A stretch of DNA of 64,000 nt, from assembly GCA_012523925.1 (NCBI GenBank), contig JAAYSQ010000042.1:861-64860 (forward strand). Reading direction: 5' to 3'. The notes under the pieces were generated by a model, which saw only the letters and a program-made list of their open reading frames with translations, was not told the DNA's origin and made no database searches. The translations under genes and the position numbers were made by a program. The stretch is from Clostridiales bacterium. Lineage in GTDB: Bacteria > Bacillota > Clostridia > Lachnospirales > Lachnospiraceae. Positions 1-9,637 of the stretch are shown here, one piece after another (the stretch's first letter is position 1; each line of letters starts with the position of its first letter).

Positions 1-64
1 ACAGATTTTCGCCTAGATACTTTCTCATTAATGGTTCATCATCAACAATCAGTGTATGATACAT
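1..64 (-). CDS. Response regulator (YesN-like), 5' end only; runs off the window edge
   Basis: Reverse strand reads MYHTLIVDDEPLMRKYLGENL, with the receiver 'LIVDDE' motif. GGAG RBS at 71-74. Lies directly downstream of the sensor kinase. Confidence 0.85.
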   Translation of the reverse strand, partial: MYHTLIVDDEPLMRKYLGENL

Positions 65-80
65 ACAGCCCTCCATTCTC

Positions 81-1067
81 TTATGTTAACGGTAATTTTA
101 ATTGAACATGGGTTCCTTCCGATACAGAAGAATATAATTTTATCCCATAAGCATCTCCGAATTTCAGCTTAATTCGCTTGTTCACATTAATTAAACCTAT
201 ACTCTCTGTAATTTGGTCATCTATCTTAGAGCTTTCATATAATGATATATTTTTTAATAATTCTGTGTTTAACATATCTAATTTGTCTGTTTCAATACCT
301 ATGCCATTATCAATTATATTTAGATATAGAAAATCCTTATCCTGCGAACTATTAATTAGTATTTTGGATTTTCCACGTTTTACTTCACATCCATGTATAA
401 TAGCATTCTCTACTAATGGTTGAAGAGTGAGTGCTGGGATTAAATAATCGTAATATTCTGTAGAAACATTAATTTCGTAGGCTAGATTATTGCTATACCT
501 AGCTTTTAATATACTCAAATAGGAATCGATAATATCTAATTCAGACTTTAAGGTAATAATTTTATCTGAATTCATAATACCACGAAGAAAATAGGATAAC
601 TTTTCTATGCTCTGGATCGCCTCATCTGTTTGTTTGCACTTTATTAATAAACTAATAGTATTTAATGTGTTATATAGGAAATGCGGTTTAATCTGTGCAC
701 ATAGATTGTTGTACTGTGCCTCCTTTTGTAAATATTTCATTTCATAGACTTCTTTTATTAATTGAGTATTTTTATTTAGTGTTTCTTGGATTCTCCGAAC
801 CATTTTATTAAATGATTTTGCCAGATATCCGATCTCATCCTGATTTTTCACCTCAACTTGTACGGATAAATATCCATTTTGAACTTGTTTCATAGAATGA
901 ACAATTGCAAAAAGTGGCTTAAAAAAGTTTTGTATAAATACAAGTAGAAATAAAATGCCTAATAATGTTCCCAACAAAGCAAGGATAATTGTCGTGTTCC
1001 GAATTACCATGGAATCTTTATTTAACTCTCGGTAGGAATTAATTATTCGCCTTAGGTAGTGCGCCAT
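81..1067 (-). pseudogene. YesM-type sensor histidine kinase, 5'-truncated
   Basis: Has TM, HAMP (DEIGYLAKSFNKMV), H-box (AQIKPHFLYNTLN) and HATPase motifs (LQPLVENAIIHG, DNGIG). It lacks the first TM and the extracellular sensor domain, and its first codons overlap the opposite-strand permease remnant. Confidence 0.8.
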
Positions 1068-1702
1068 TACTTAACTTTGTTGGTTTATTGTATGCGCTAC
1101 TAATGAATAGCAAGTTTAAAGGAAAGGGTATTGCAAGGATGATTATATACCTTCCAGCAATTATCAGTCCATTAATAATGGGATATATTTGGTATCTGTT
1201 GTTACAACCAGGAAGGGGCTTCATTTTCCATATGCTTGATCGGGTGGGAAAGAGCTCGTGGTTTGGTAACTGGCTTGGAAGTTATACAACATCAATGCTA
1301 GTATTAATCCTTGTAAATGTATGGCAGTATGCGGGCATGACTATGGTGATCTACCTAGCTGGATTGCAGGCAATACCAGAAGAATTATATGAAGCAGCCA
1401 AGGTGGATGGTGCTTCTTTTTCAAAGCGTTTGTTCTATATTACTTTACCTATGTTAATTCCAGCGATTCGGATTAATGTGGTTACCAATATAATTGGATC
1501 ACTGTCGGTATTTGATATCGTAATGTCACTAACTGGTGGTGGGCCTGGTTACGCTACTGAGACTTTAAGTATCTATATAATGAGGATGTGCTATGGAAGT
1601 AAAACTGGATATTCTACTGCGGTAGCGATTATTATGTTCTTTATCATTCTCATTCCTGTTCTAATCTCGATGTGGCTGACAAGAACAAAAACAACAGACT
1701 AG
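1043..1702 (+). pseudogene. Carbohydrate ABC permease (MalF/UgpA type), 5'-truncated
   Basis: EAA loop IPEELYEAAKVDGAS is present. The frame is open back to 1043 (LFALGSAPLLNFVGLLYALL), with TAA at 1040-1042 and no RBS. The N-terminal part is missing. Confidence 0.8.
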
Positions 1703-1717
1703 ATAAGGAGGACTACA

Positions 1718-2542
1718 TTGAGTAAAGTATTAAAAATTATTCGGCATGCCTGTATTCTATTTATATGCCTGCTTTGTTTGTTTCCCTTTGTAATATTATT
1801 AATATTATCATTAAACACTCCACAAAGAGTTTTCTATGAGGGGAATATGTTTGTTCCAGACTTTTATTTTAAGAATTATATTGAAGGTTGGATCAAATCG
1901 AACATTGGAAATGCAATGGTTAATTCTGCGATAATTACAATTATGGCAATAGCTGTTATCATCGTTTTATCGTCAATGGCTGCCTATTCCATAGCAAGGT
2001 TTCAATACAGATTCAATAAGCTGATTTTCGCAATTTTATTATGCTGTATGATGATACCAGGAATTATTAATACTGTACCACTATATACCCTGATGATTGA
2101 TATTGGCGCAATCAACAGCCTTTGGGGAATGGCGCTGGTATGTGCAACGAATGCATTGCCACAAGGCGTTTTTGTATTTAGTGGCTTTATTAAATCTATA
2201 CCGAAAGAGATTGAAGAATCTGCAATTATTGATGGCTGCTCCTATTTTTCTTCCTTCTGGCGAATTGTTTTTCCTCTATTAAAACCATCAATATCAGCAA
2301 TTGTTATATTAAATGGCTTCGGGATCTGGAATAACTATTCTCAAGCTGTATTCTTTCTACAAGATAGTAGTAAACATAATGTACCTCAGGCTCTTTCTGT
2401 ATATTTTCAACAATTTGCAGGAGCTAAGTGGAATTTGATGGCAGCAACTGCAGTAATAGCAATAATACCAGTTATTACAGCATTTTTATTTTTTCAAAAA
2501 AATCTAATAAATGGCCTTACCGATGGTGCATTAAAAGGTTAG
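1718..2542 (+). CDS. Carbohydrate ABC permease (MalG/UgpE type)
   Basis: EAA loop IPKEIEESAIIDG, C-terminal FQK..INGLTDGALKG, AGGAGG RBS. Confidence 0.9.
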   Translation: MSKVLKIIRHACILFICLLCLFPFVILLILSLNTPQRVFYEGNMFVPDFYFKNYIEGWIKSNIGNAMVNSAIITIMAIAVIIVLSSMAAYSIARFQYRFNKLIFAILLCCMMIPGIINTVPLYTLMIDIGAINSLWGMALVCATNALPQGVFVFSGFIKSIPKEIEESAIIDGCSYFSSFWRIVFPLLKPSISAIVILNGFGIWNNYSQAVFFLQDSSKHNVPQALSVYFQQFAGAKWNLMAATAVIAIIPVITAFLFFQKNLINGLTDGALKG

Positions 2543-2624
2543 TCTTTATATTTTAAAAGAAATGGTATTTATTAATTTGTCACATTTATATACTAATAAA
2601 ATTAAAAATAGAAAGGGTATTTAT

Positions 2625-4289
2625 ATGAGAATTGATTTATATCCAGAAAAAGCACAATATCTAACAAATGAAATTATAAAACTAATGATTGAGTTTGATA
2701 CTCCACCTACAACTGAGTATCAGGCTGATCTATATATCACTCATTTGCAAGATATGATACATAAACAGAGGGTATCCTTAACAGATCAATTATGTGAGAT
2801 CCAATTACCAGGAATAAATACGGATTTTGGAGGCTATGGTGTGGAGCTTCTAGTCTATCAAAATGGTCAGTTAGTAGATTGTTGCTATACCGCATTTGAT
2901 GTGGTATCAGAATGTAGCAAAGCCATACGATATGGGTTTTTAAGTGATTACAGTACCGATGATGGATTAGATTTTAGAGATGTCAGTAATCTAAGAAAGT
3001 TTCATATCAACTATGTGCAATATTATGATTGGTCCTATCGTCATGATAATCTAGTATCTCAAAAAACGATTTATAATGATATGATGGGCAGAAAAGTCGA
3101 TCTTCAGACTGTGAAGAATAAGATTAAGCAATGTAAAGAATATGGGATGAAATCAATTGGTTATGGAGCAATATACGCCGCTTCTCGTGAGTTTTATGAA
3201 AAGAATAAGGAATGGGCCTTCTATACTAGTACGGGTGATCCATTTGTATTTATTGATATTTTTTATATCATGAATATAGCCAAAAATAGCCCATGGAGAA
3301 ACCATATTATTGAGGAATATGCAAAAGCAATAGAAATGGTTGGCTTCGATGGAATTCATATGGATACTTACGGCTTTCCAAAGAGTGCATACTCTTATAA
3401 CAAGGAAAAGTTAGTTAAACTAGAGGATGAATTTTATTCATTAATTGAAGATGCAAAAGAAAGATTAAATAGGATTACAATGGACAATCATCTTATATTT
3501 AACAATGTAGGTAATTGGCCAGTAAATACAGTTGCTTGTGCGCCACAGGATGCAATCTATATTGAAGTGTGGGACCCAAACAATCGATATGATCATATTC
3601 AACAGATTATTAAGGATGCAAGAAGAGAATGTAAAGATACAAAGCCAGTCATACTAGCTGCCTATCTGAAACCATTTATGGAGGAAACACAAGAGCGATC
3701 AGCCTATGCAGCATTCTTTCTTACAGCTGTTATTGTTACAAACGGCGGATATCACTTACTCCTTGGAGAGGAAAATGCTGTATTAACACAGGGCTATTAT
3801 GTTGACCACTCTTTTATGACGGCTTCCACAAGTGAAAAAATGCGTTGTTATTATGACTTTATTGTTCAATATATGGAACTATTCTATGATTCTGAATTAA
3901 TCGATGTTAGCTTAACTCATATGGGTTGGGATAATATGGAGTACAAATGCCTTAATGAAGGTTGGAGTGTAACAGGAGAAGAAGATCGATTATGGATAAC
4001 CCTAAGGGAAAAGAACAACCGTAAATTAATCAGTCTGATTAACCTAAGTGGTAATGATAACTTCTGGAACCAAGGCAAAAATAAGCCACCAGTAACTGAA
4101 AATCTGGAGATGCAAGTATTGGTAGAAAAAACAGTAAAGGGTGTTTACTTTATTTCTCCAGATAAGGATCATGGAAAAGTACAGGAATTAGCTTATGAAC
4201 GTAAGAAGACAGATAGAGGCTGGATAATAACCTTTGTTGTGCCACAGATAGAGATATGGAGCAATGTCTGGATTGATTTGATTGACTAA
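2625..4289 (+). CDS. Glycoside hydrolase family 66 (dextranase / cycloisomaltooligosaccharide glucanotransferase family)
   Basis: Motifs RYGFLSDY, HINYVQYYDWSYRH, GFDGIHMDTYG and IYIEVW. ATG at 2625 follows AAAGGG. No signal peptide seen. Confidence 0.8.
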   Translation: MRIDLYPEKAQYLTNEIIKLMIEFDTPPTTEYQADLYITHLQDMIHKQRVSLTDQLCEIQLPGINTDFGGYGVELLVYQNGQLVDCCYTAFDVVSECSKAIRYGFLSDYSTDDGLDFRDVSNLRKFHINYVQYYDWSYRHDNLVSQKTIYNDMMGRKVDLQTVKNKIKQCKEYGMKSIGYGAIYAASREFYEKNKEWAFYTSTGDPFVFIDIFYIMNIAKNSPWRNHIIEEYAKAIEMVGFDGIHMDTYGFPKSAYSYNKEKLVKLEDEFYSLIEDAKERLNRITMDNHLIFNNVGNWPVNTVACAPQDAIYIEVWDPNNRYDHIQQIIKDARRECKDTKPVILAAYLKPFMEETQERSAYAAFFLTAVIVTNGGYHLLLGEENAVLTQGYYVDHSFMTASTSEKMRCYYDFIVQYMELFYDSELIDVSLTHMGWDNMEYKCLNEGWSVTGEEDRLWITLREKNNRKLISLINLSGNDNFWNQGKNKPPVTENLEMQVLVEKTVKGVYFISPDKDHGKVQELAYERKKTDRGWIITFVVPQIEIWSNVWIDLID

Positions 4290-4321
4290 ATGAATTGATT
4301 GTTTTTAAAAGGAGGCTATAA

Positions 4322-4441
<120 letters not shown>

Positions 4442-4523
4442 ATAAGATAGAAATACTATATCTTGTTATTTGCGTAAATAGTGTTTATCTATTTATAATT
4501 TTTGATGCTTAATAATCAAAGAA

Positions 4524-4583
4524 AAAGGGTGAAATCATCCTTCTCATATAATAAGTTTATTTGAGAGTATGATTTCACCCTTT
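4524..4583 (-). terminator. Long hairpin, probable prfC (bidirectional) terminator
   Basis: AAAGGGTGAAATCAT (4524-4538) pairs with ATGATTTCACCCTTT (4569-4583), with inner TCTCA/TGAGA. Confidence 0.65.
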
Positions 4584-4604
4584 GATGCTACAATTAATGT
4601 TTTA

Positions 4605-6191
4605 TTATCTTCCAAATTCGGACAATTGTAATCCTTCATTACGCTCCAAAGCAGTCTTTATGCTCCATTGATGAACAAAGAGTAGCAGTGGATTTCCTTT
4701 CATGTCTTTTACCTTCTTCGTATCAGAAGAAACACTTAATTGTTTTACATCGATATCTTTATTCTCAATCCAACGGATGTATTCGTAAGGTAAAGGCTCT
4801 AAGCGGATATCTGCACCATATTCATTCTCAAGACGGAATTTTAGAACATCAAATTGCAGGGTACCAACAACGCCTACTATAATTTCTTCCATTCCTGTAT
4901 TAAATTCCTGAAATATCTGTATAGCACCCTCCTGTGCTATCTGAGTAACCCCTTTTAGGAATTGCTTTCTCTTCATAGTATCCACTTGGCGTACCCTAGC
5001 AAAATGTTCTGGTGAGAAAGTTGGTATACCCTCATAGGTGAACTTTTTATCCTTTGTACATATGGTATCACCAATGGAGAATATGCCGGGATCGAAGACA
5101 CCAATAATATCTCCAGCATAGGCTTCCTCGACCATTTTCCTATCATCTGCCATTAATTGTTGTGGCTGGGATAAACGGAGGCTTTTGTTCCCCTGCATAT
5201 GGAATACTTCCATTCCTGCTGAGAATTTACCTGAACAAATCCGCATAAATGCGATACGATCACGATGCGCTTTGTTCATATTTGCTTGGATTTTGAATAC
5301 AAAAGCAGAGAAATTATTTGTCATAGGATCAACTTTCCCAATAGAGGAATTTCTAGGCAATGGTGGAGATGTCATTGTAAGAAAGTGTTTTAAAAATGTC
5401 TCGACACCAAAGTTTGTTAATGCGGATCCAAAGAATACCGGAGTAAGCTCGCCCTTTAGTACCAAGTCAATATCAAATTCACTACCAGCACCATCAAGTA
5501 GCTCGATTTCGTCTGATAGAATATCATGGTTTTCTTTCCCGATTAATGTATCAAGTGCTGGATCCCCAAGATCTGCTTCCACAGAATTAAGTTCTTTTTG
5601 GCCATTGTGTGAAGCGTAAAAACGCAAGATTTTTTTTGTGTCTCTATCATAAACACCTTTAAAATTTTTACCAGAACCGATTGGCCAATTAATGGGGTAG
5701 GTGTCAATACCCAATACCTCTTCAATCTCGTCTAATAATTCAAAGGTGTCCTTTGCTTCTCGGTCTAGCTTATTAATAAATGTGAAAATAGGAATATTAC
5801 GCATAACACAAACTTTGAATAATTTCTTCGTCTGCGCCTCTACACCTTTGGAAGCATCAATTACCATGACAGCAGAATCGGCAGCCATTAAAGTACGGTA
5901 GGTATCTTCAGAGAAATCTTGATGTCCAGGTGTGTCTAATATATTTATACAATATCCATCATAGTTAAATTGCATAACGGATGATGTTACCGATATACCA
6001 CGTTGTTTCTCAATTTCCATCCAATCCGAAAGGGCATGTTTTGCTGATTTTCTTCCTTTCACGGAACCTGCAAGATTAATCGCTCCACCATATAGAAGAA
6101 ATTTTTCTGTAAGGGTTGTTTTACCAGCATCCGGATGGGAAATAATCGCAAATGTTCTTCTTTTTCTAATTTCCTTTAAATAATCAGTCAA
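4605..6191 (-). CDS. prfC: Peptide chain release factor 3
   Basis: RRTFAIISHPDAGKTTLTEK, DTPGHQDFSEDTYRTL, FKIQANMNKAHRDRIAF. TTG start after GGAGG. Confidence 0.97.
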   Translation of the reverse strand: MTDYLKEIRKRRTFAIISHPDAGKTTLTEKFLLYGGAINLAGSVKGRKSAKHALSDWMEIEKQRGISVTSSVMQFNYDGYCINILDTPGHQDFSEDTYRTLMAADSAVMVIDASKGVEAQTKKLFKVCVMRNIPIFTFINKLDREAKDTFELLDEIEEVLGIDTYPINWPIGSGKNFKGVYDRDTKKILRFYASHNGQKELNSVEADLGDPALDTLIGKENHDILSDEIELLDGAGSEFDIDLVLKGELTPVFFGSALTNFGVETFLKHFLTMTSPPLPRNSSIGKVDPMTNNFSAFVFKIQANMNKAHRDRIAFMRICSGKFSAGMEVFHMQGNKSLRLSQPQQLMADDRKMVEEAYAGDIIGVFDPGIFSIGDTICTKDKKFTYEGIPTFSPEHFARVRQVDTMKRKQFLKGVTQIAQEGAIQIFQEFNTGMEEIIVGVVGTLQFDVLKFRLENEYGADIRLEPLPYEYIRWIENKDIDVKQLSVSSDTKKVKDMKGNPLLLFVHQWSIKTALERNEGLQLSEFGR

Positions 6192-6210
6192 AATAAATCC
6201 TCCATGATAA

Positions 6211-6424
6211 GCAGATTAGTGCAATATAAATCCTAATCTGCGTAATTATTGATATAATATCCACGGAAAGCGAATTATCACATTCGAGCTATATTCTTTC
6301 TTAAGCTTATTTAAATTAGACGATAGCTTGGATGGGTAAAACACAGCGTGACCAACAAAGCCCTAGGCTTTAGAGGTCAAATCCGCAGAATTATATAATA
6401 TATCGAATATTAGGTTTTTGTCAA
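6211..6424 (-). promoter_or_regulatory. sigma-A promoter and ~190-nt structured 5' leader of prfC
   Basis: TTGACA (6424-6419), 18 nt, TATTAT (6400-6395). Five helices lie between 6389 and 6211 (see findings). Confidence 0.5.
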
Positions 6425-6527
6425 GAAAACAATCGTTAATATAAAATAGATTTAACGATATCGTATAAGGGTATTCAAGAAAGGTTATTCTATAGATAAA
6501 GTGTTATGTATAGGAGGATTAACAAGA

Positions 6528-6818
6528 ATGAACAAGAGGAAATATATCTGTCCTATTTGTGATAGCAATGAATTGATTTTGAAGCATGAGGCAAGTTATG
6601 TTTATTCTTATATAATAGATTCGGATGCCCCTGGGCTTAAAAACGATGAGTTGTTTTTATCCTACCTCTATGATCGTAGGGAGCAAACGGAATCTAGAGA
6701 ATATATTGAATGTAGTCATTGTGGTACTCATTTTCCCCCTACCTTTCTTAATGGAGTTCTCAATAGTGAAAAAGAGAGTGCTCCAACTAAGGTAGAAGAA
6801 TATACAAGATTTCATTAA
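6528..6818 (+). CDS. Small hypothetical protein with two CxxC pairs (zinc-ribbon-like)
   Basis: CPIC and CSHC motifs. AGGAGG RBS before ATG 6528. Confidence 0.75.
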   Translation: MNKRKYICPICDSNELILKHEASYVYSYIIDSDAPGLKNDELFLSYLYDRREQTESREYIECSHCGTHFPPTFLNGVLNSEKESAPTKVEEYTRFH

Positions 6819-6822
6819 AAAG

Positions 6823-7043
6823 AGGGCTGTTGCAATAATAAATATCATCAGCGTATTCATAAAACCACAATGTTTATCACATGATAGCTTTTTGAAAATA
6901 GCATATGATTTTTATCCAACGTAGACACGCTCTCGCTCGATTGTCGCACATAGGGATTAAAAATCATATGCTATTCTTTTAGGCTTTGATGTGATAAACA
7001 TCACTAACAAGAATGGCGCTGAACAAATTAATGAGACAGCCCT
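6823..7043. mobile_element. MITE-like nested inverted-repeat element, copy A
   Basis: AGGGCTGT/ACAGCCCT ends, a 13-bp IR (6870-6882/6989-7001) and an 18-bp perfect IR (6897-6914/6958-6975). 6894-6953 matches 43563-43622 at 57 of 60 positions. No ORF. Confidence 0.65.
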
Positions 7044-7050
7044 TTGGTTT

Positions 7051-7473
7051 TTATAACTTTCTTTCGGCTATGAGATGGTACAATTCTCTATCTTCTTTGG
7101 AAAGACGGTTGCTCAAAGCTTTCAATATCTGATCGGCCTCTATTAGAAAGTTATCTATATCGTTTTTTATTTTAAAACTTGTATTATAAGAATTTTTAAA
7201 TTCTGTATATTCTGTTGCTAGATTACCCATTTCAGCAATATATTGTTTGGTTAGATCACGAATTGCCTCGTCAGAACATTTTAGTAGGTCTGGATATAAG
7301 AATTTATCCTCCTCTAATAAATGAATTCTTAATAAACCGGCTAATCTACTGATGTGTAGCGCCGCTTCAGCAGTATCAATATCAGCACGGCCTTTTTTTA
7401 TTTCATTAACAATGTATTTAATTTCTTTATTTATATTAACATGTTGACGGTTAAGATTATCTAAATTAATCAT
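7051..7473 (-). CDS. Hemerythrin/HHE cation-binding domain protein
   Basis: Helical 140-aa protein with QH, H-xxx-EE-xx-LYP (HLLEEDKFLYP) and R-xx-KED-x-ELY motifs. GGAGG RBS. Confidence 0.8.
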   Translation of the reverse strand: MINLDNLNRQHVNINKEIKYIVNEIKKGRADIDTAEAALHISRLAGLLRIHLLEEDKFLYPDLLKCSDEAIRDLTKQYIAEMGNLATEYTEFKNSYNTSFKIKNDIDNFLIEADQILKALSNRLSKEDRELYHLIAERKL

Positions 7474-7544
7474 TGCTACCTCCAGTTTATATAGATTTTG
7501 TCTCTTGTCATAATCCTCATAAAGAGTAGTAAGAATACATTTCT

Positions 7545-7587
7545 ATTATAGCGATAACTAGCAATTCTCGACGTAGCTATGGCAACA
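7545..7587 (-). promoter_or_regulatory. Probable class II Crp/Fnr-family activated promoter of the hemerythrin-like gene
   Basis: TATAAT at 7550-7545 without a good -35. Imperfect palindrome TGTTGC-CATA-GCTACG (7587-7572) is centred about -41.5 from the inferred start. Confidence 0.45.
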
Positions 7588-7707
7588 TTTGTTAATGTTA
7601 TAATTAACATTCTTACGAAAAACAAATAGGATATTTGTGAGACATTAGACCTGGATTTACAAATATCTTAGCGCTGATTAATTTAAAAATGAAAAACTGT
7701 GATCATT

Positions 7708-8223
7708 TTAGTTGTAATTTGCTTGATGGATATAATCATCCATCGTTATATTAAAAAGATGAGTGTGGGTTAACTCCTTCTCAAAGTGAAAGCCGGTTTT
7801 TTCAAATGCCTTGATTGATCTAGTATTTCTCGGATCTATTTTAGCAATAACCCTAGGAATTCTCCATTCAAAAAATGCTTGATTTAAACCTTGGAAGATT
7901 GCTTTTGTACCAAAACCATAACCCCACTTTTTTCTATCACCGATGACAACAACAATTTCAGCTTCATTTCCTTTACGGATAAGTTTTATAAAACCTATAG
8001 GATGGTTGTCTTCCGTACATACAACAAAGAAACTACCTCCACGATTAAATAAATGTGTCATAATATACATATTTACTCGACTGATTGCCTGATGTATTTC
8101 CTGTGATATATTCGATAGCTCATTTAGATATTTGGTGACCTCACGGTCTTCCATCCAGTTCATAATGGCTAATGCATCATTGCGCGTGACCTCTTGTCTT
8201 AAGCTTACTTCTAGTGTTTTCAT
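7708..8223 (-). CDS. GNAT family N-acetyltransferase (RimJ/RimL-like)
   Basis: IGDRKKWGYGFG acetyl-CoA loop and NTRSIKAFEKTGF. TTGACA-18-TATAAT promoter at 8349-8320. Confidence 0.85.
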   Translation of the reverse strand: MKTLEVSLRQEVTRNDALAIMNWMEDREVTKYLNELSNISQEIHQAISRVNMYIMTHLFNRGGSFFVVCTEDNHPIGFIKLIRKGNEAEIVVVIGDRKKWGYGFGTKAIFQGLNQAFFEWRIPRVIAKIDPRNTRSIKAFEKTGFHFEKELTHTHLFNITMDDYIHQANYN

Positions 8224-8649
8224 TATGTCTACTCCTTCTATGATAACAAGCCTTTCATAGGTTTATAAATAAGTGTTCGCTATGACGGTTCTTTTCCTTA
8301 CTTTAAAAATCCAAGGAATATTATAAAGGCTTTAAAACTTTAATGTCAATGTGATAAAATGACAAATTTCAGCAGAAAGTTACTTTGAGCATTGGTATGA
8401 TGGTGTTGCCAATTTCTTGCAAGGGAAAACGATAGATAGAGGAAGGATAGATAAATGAAGCAATTGGCTTACAGATTCGTTAATTATATTATAACAATAA
8501 AAAACTCGTAATTTGTTTAGTTGCAAGCTTTTTTGGGTGATACTATAATATATATAAAATACTATTGAAAATTTTTCTAAAAAACTGTATAAAGTAATTA
8601 ACATAATAATAATTTATTCTAAGAAGGAATATTTATAAGAGGTGTTCCA

Positions 8650-9549
8650 ATGCAAATTACAGATAATAAAAAAATATTATTAATAATAAACCCGATTGCA
8701 GGGAAGCTAAGTACAAAGTCAAATCGCTTCAAGGTCGCTAATCTATTTATACAAAATGGCTATGAAGTGGATCTTAGAACCACAAAAGCGAAGGGGCATG
8801 CGACAAAACTGGTAATGGACCATGCTTTAGAGAATGATATTGTTGTTTGTAGTGGTGGTGATGGTACGCTTAATGAAGTAATATCTGGTGTTATGCAACT
8901 TGGTGTATCCATTCCAGTAGGCTACATTCCATCAGGTACTACCAATGATTTTGCTACTAGCCTAAACCTATCTAATCGGGTAGAGACGGCAGCACAAGCA
9001 ATTATGATGGAGCAGAAGAAAACATTAGATATTGGCTGCTTCAATGATAAACGTTTCTTTAATTATATCGCGTCTTTTGGAGCATTTACAGGAAGTTCCT
9101 ATTCCACTCCACAATCCCATAAGAATGTTATTGGACATTTGGCTTATATCTTGGAAGGGGTAAAGGATATTCCAAGCATTCATCCTTATCATGTTAAAGT
9201 TGAAGCTAATGGCGAGGTATACGAGGATGAGTATATCTTCGGGGCGGTAAGTAACTCTTTCTCCATTGGTGGGATTGTAAAATTGGATGCCTTAAATGTT
9301 GATCTTAATGATGGCCTTCTAGAATTGATTCTTATTAAAAGACCGAAAACTCCTATGGATTTGCATAAAATTATCCTCTTCTTATCCAAGAAAGATTATA
9401 ATAACGACATGATAGTTTTTCTAAAAACAGCTGAGGCTAAATTTACAATGAAAGAGCCCACTTCATGGACGATTGATGGAGAATATGAACCTGGTGGTAC
9501 TTCTGCTAAGATTAAGATAATACCAAATGCAATTACCTTATTGGTTTAG
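8650..9549 (+). CDS. YegS/BmrU-family diacylglycerol/lipid kinase
   Basis: INPIAG, SGGDGTLNEV, IPSGTTNDFA, IDGE motifs. Confidence 0.9.
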   Translation: MQITDNKKILLIINPIAGKLSTKSNRFKVANLFIQNGYEVDLRTTKAKGHATKLVMDHALENDIVVCSGGDGTLNEVISGVMQLGVSIPVGYIPSGTTNDFATSLNLSNRVETAAQAIMMEQKKTLDIGCFNDKRFFNYIASFGAFTGSSYSTPQSHKNVIGHLAYILEGVKDIPSIHPYHVKVEANGEVYEDEYIFGAVSNSFSIGGIVKLDALNVDLNDGLLELILIKRPKTPMDLHKIILFLSKKDYNNDMIVFLKTAEAKFTMKEPTSWTIDGEYEPGGTSAKIKIIPNAITLLV

Positions 9550-9637
9550 TATCTTTGTTTGACATGGACTATTGATAATGGTACAATAATTTGAAAGAAT
9601 TACCAAATAAAAGATACTAAATAAAGGGGATGCGAAG

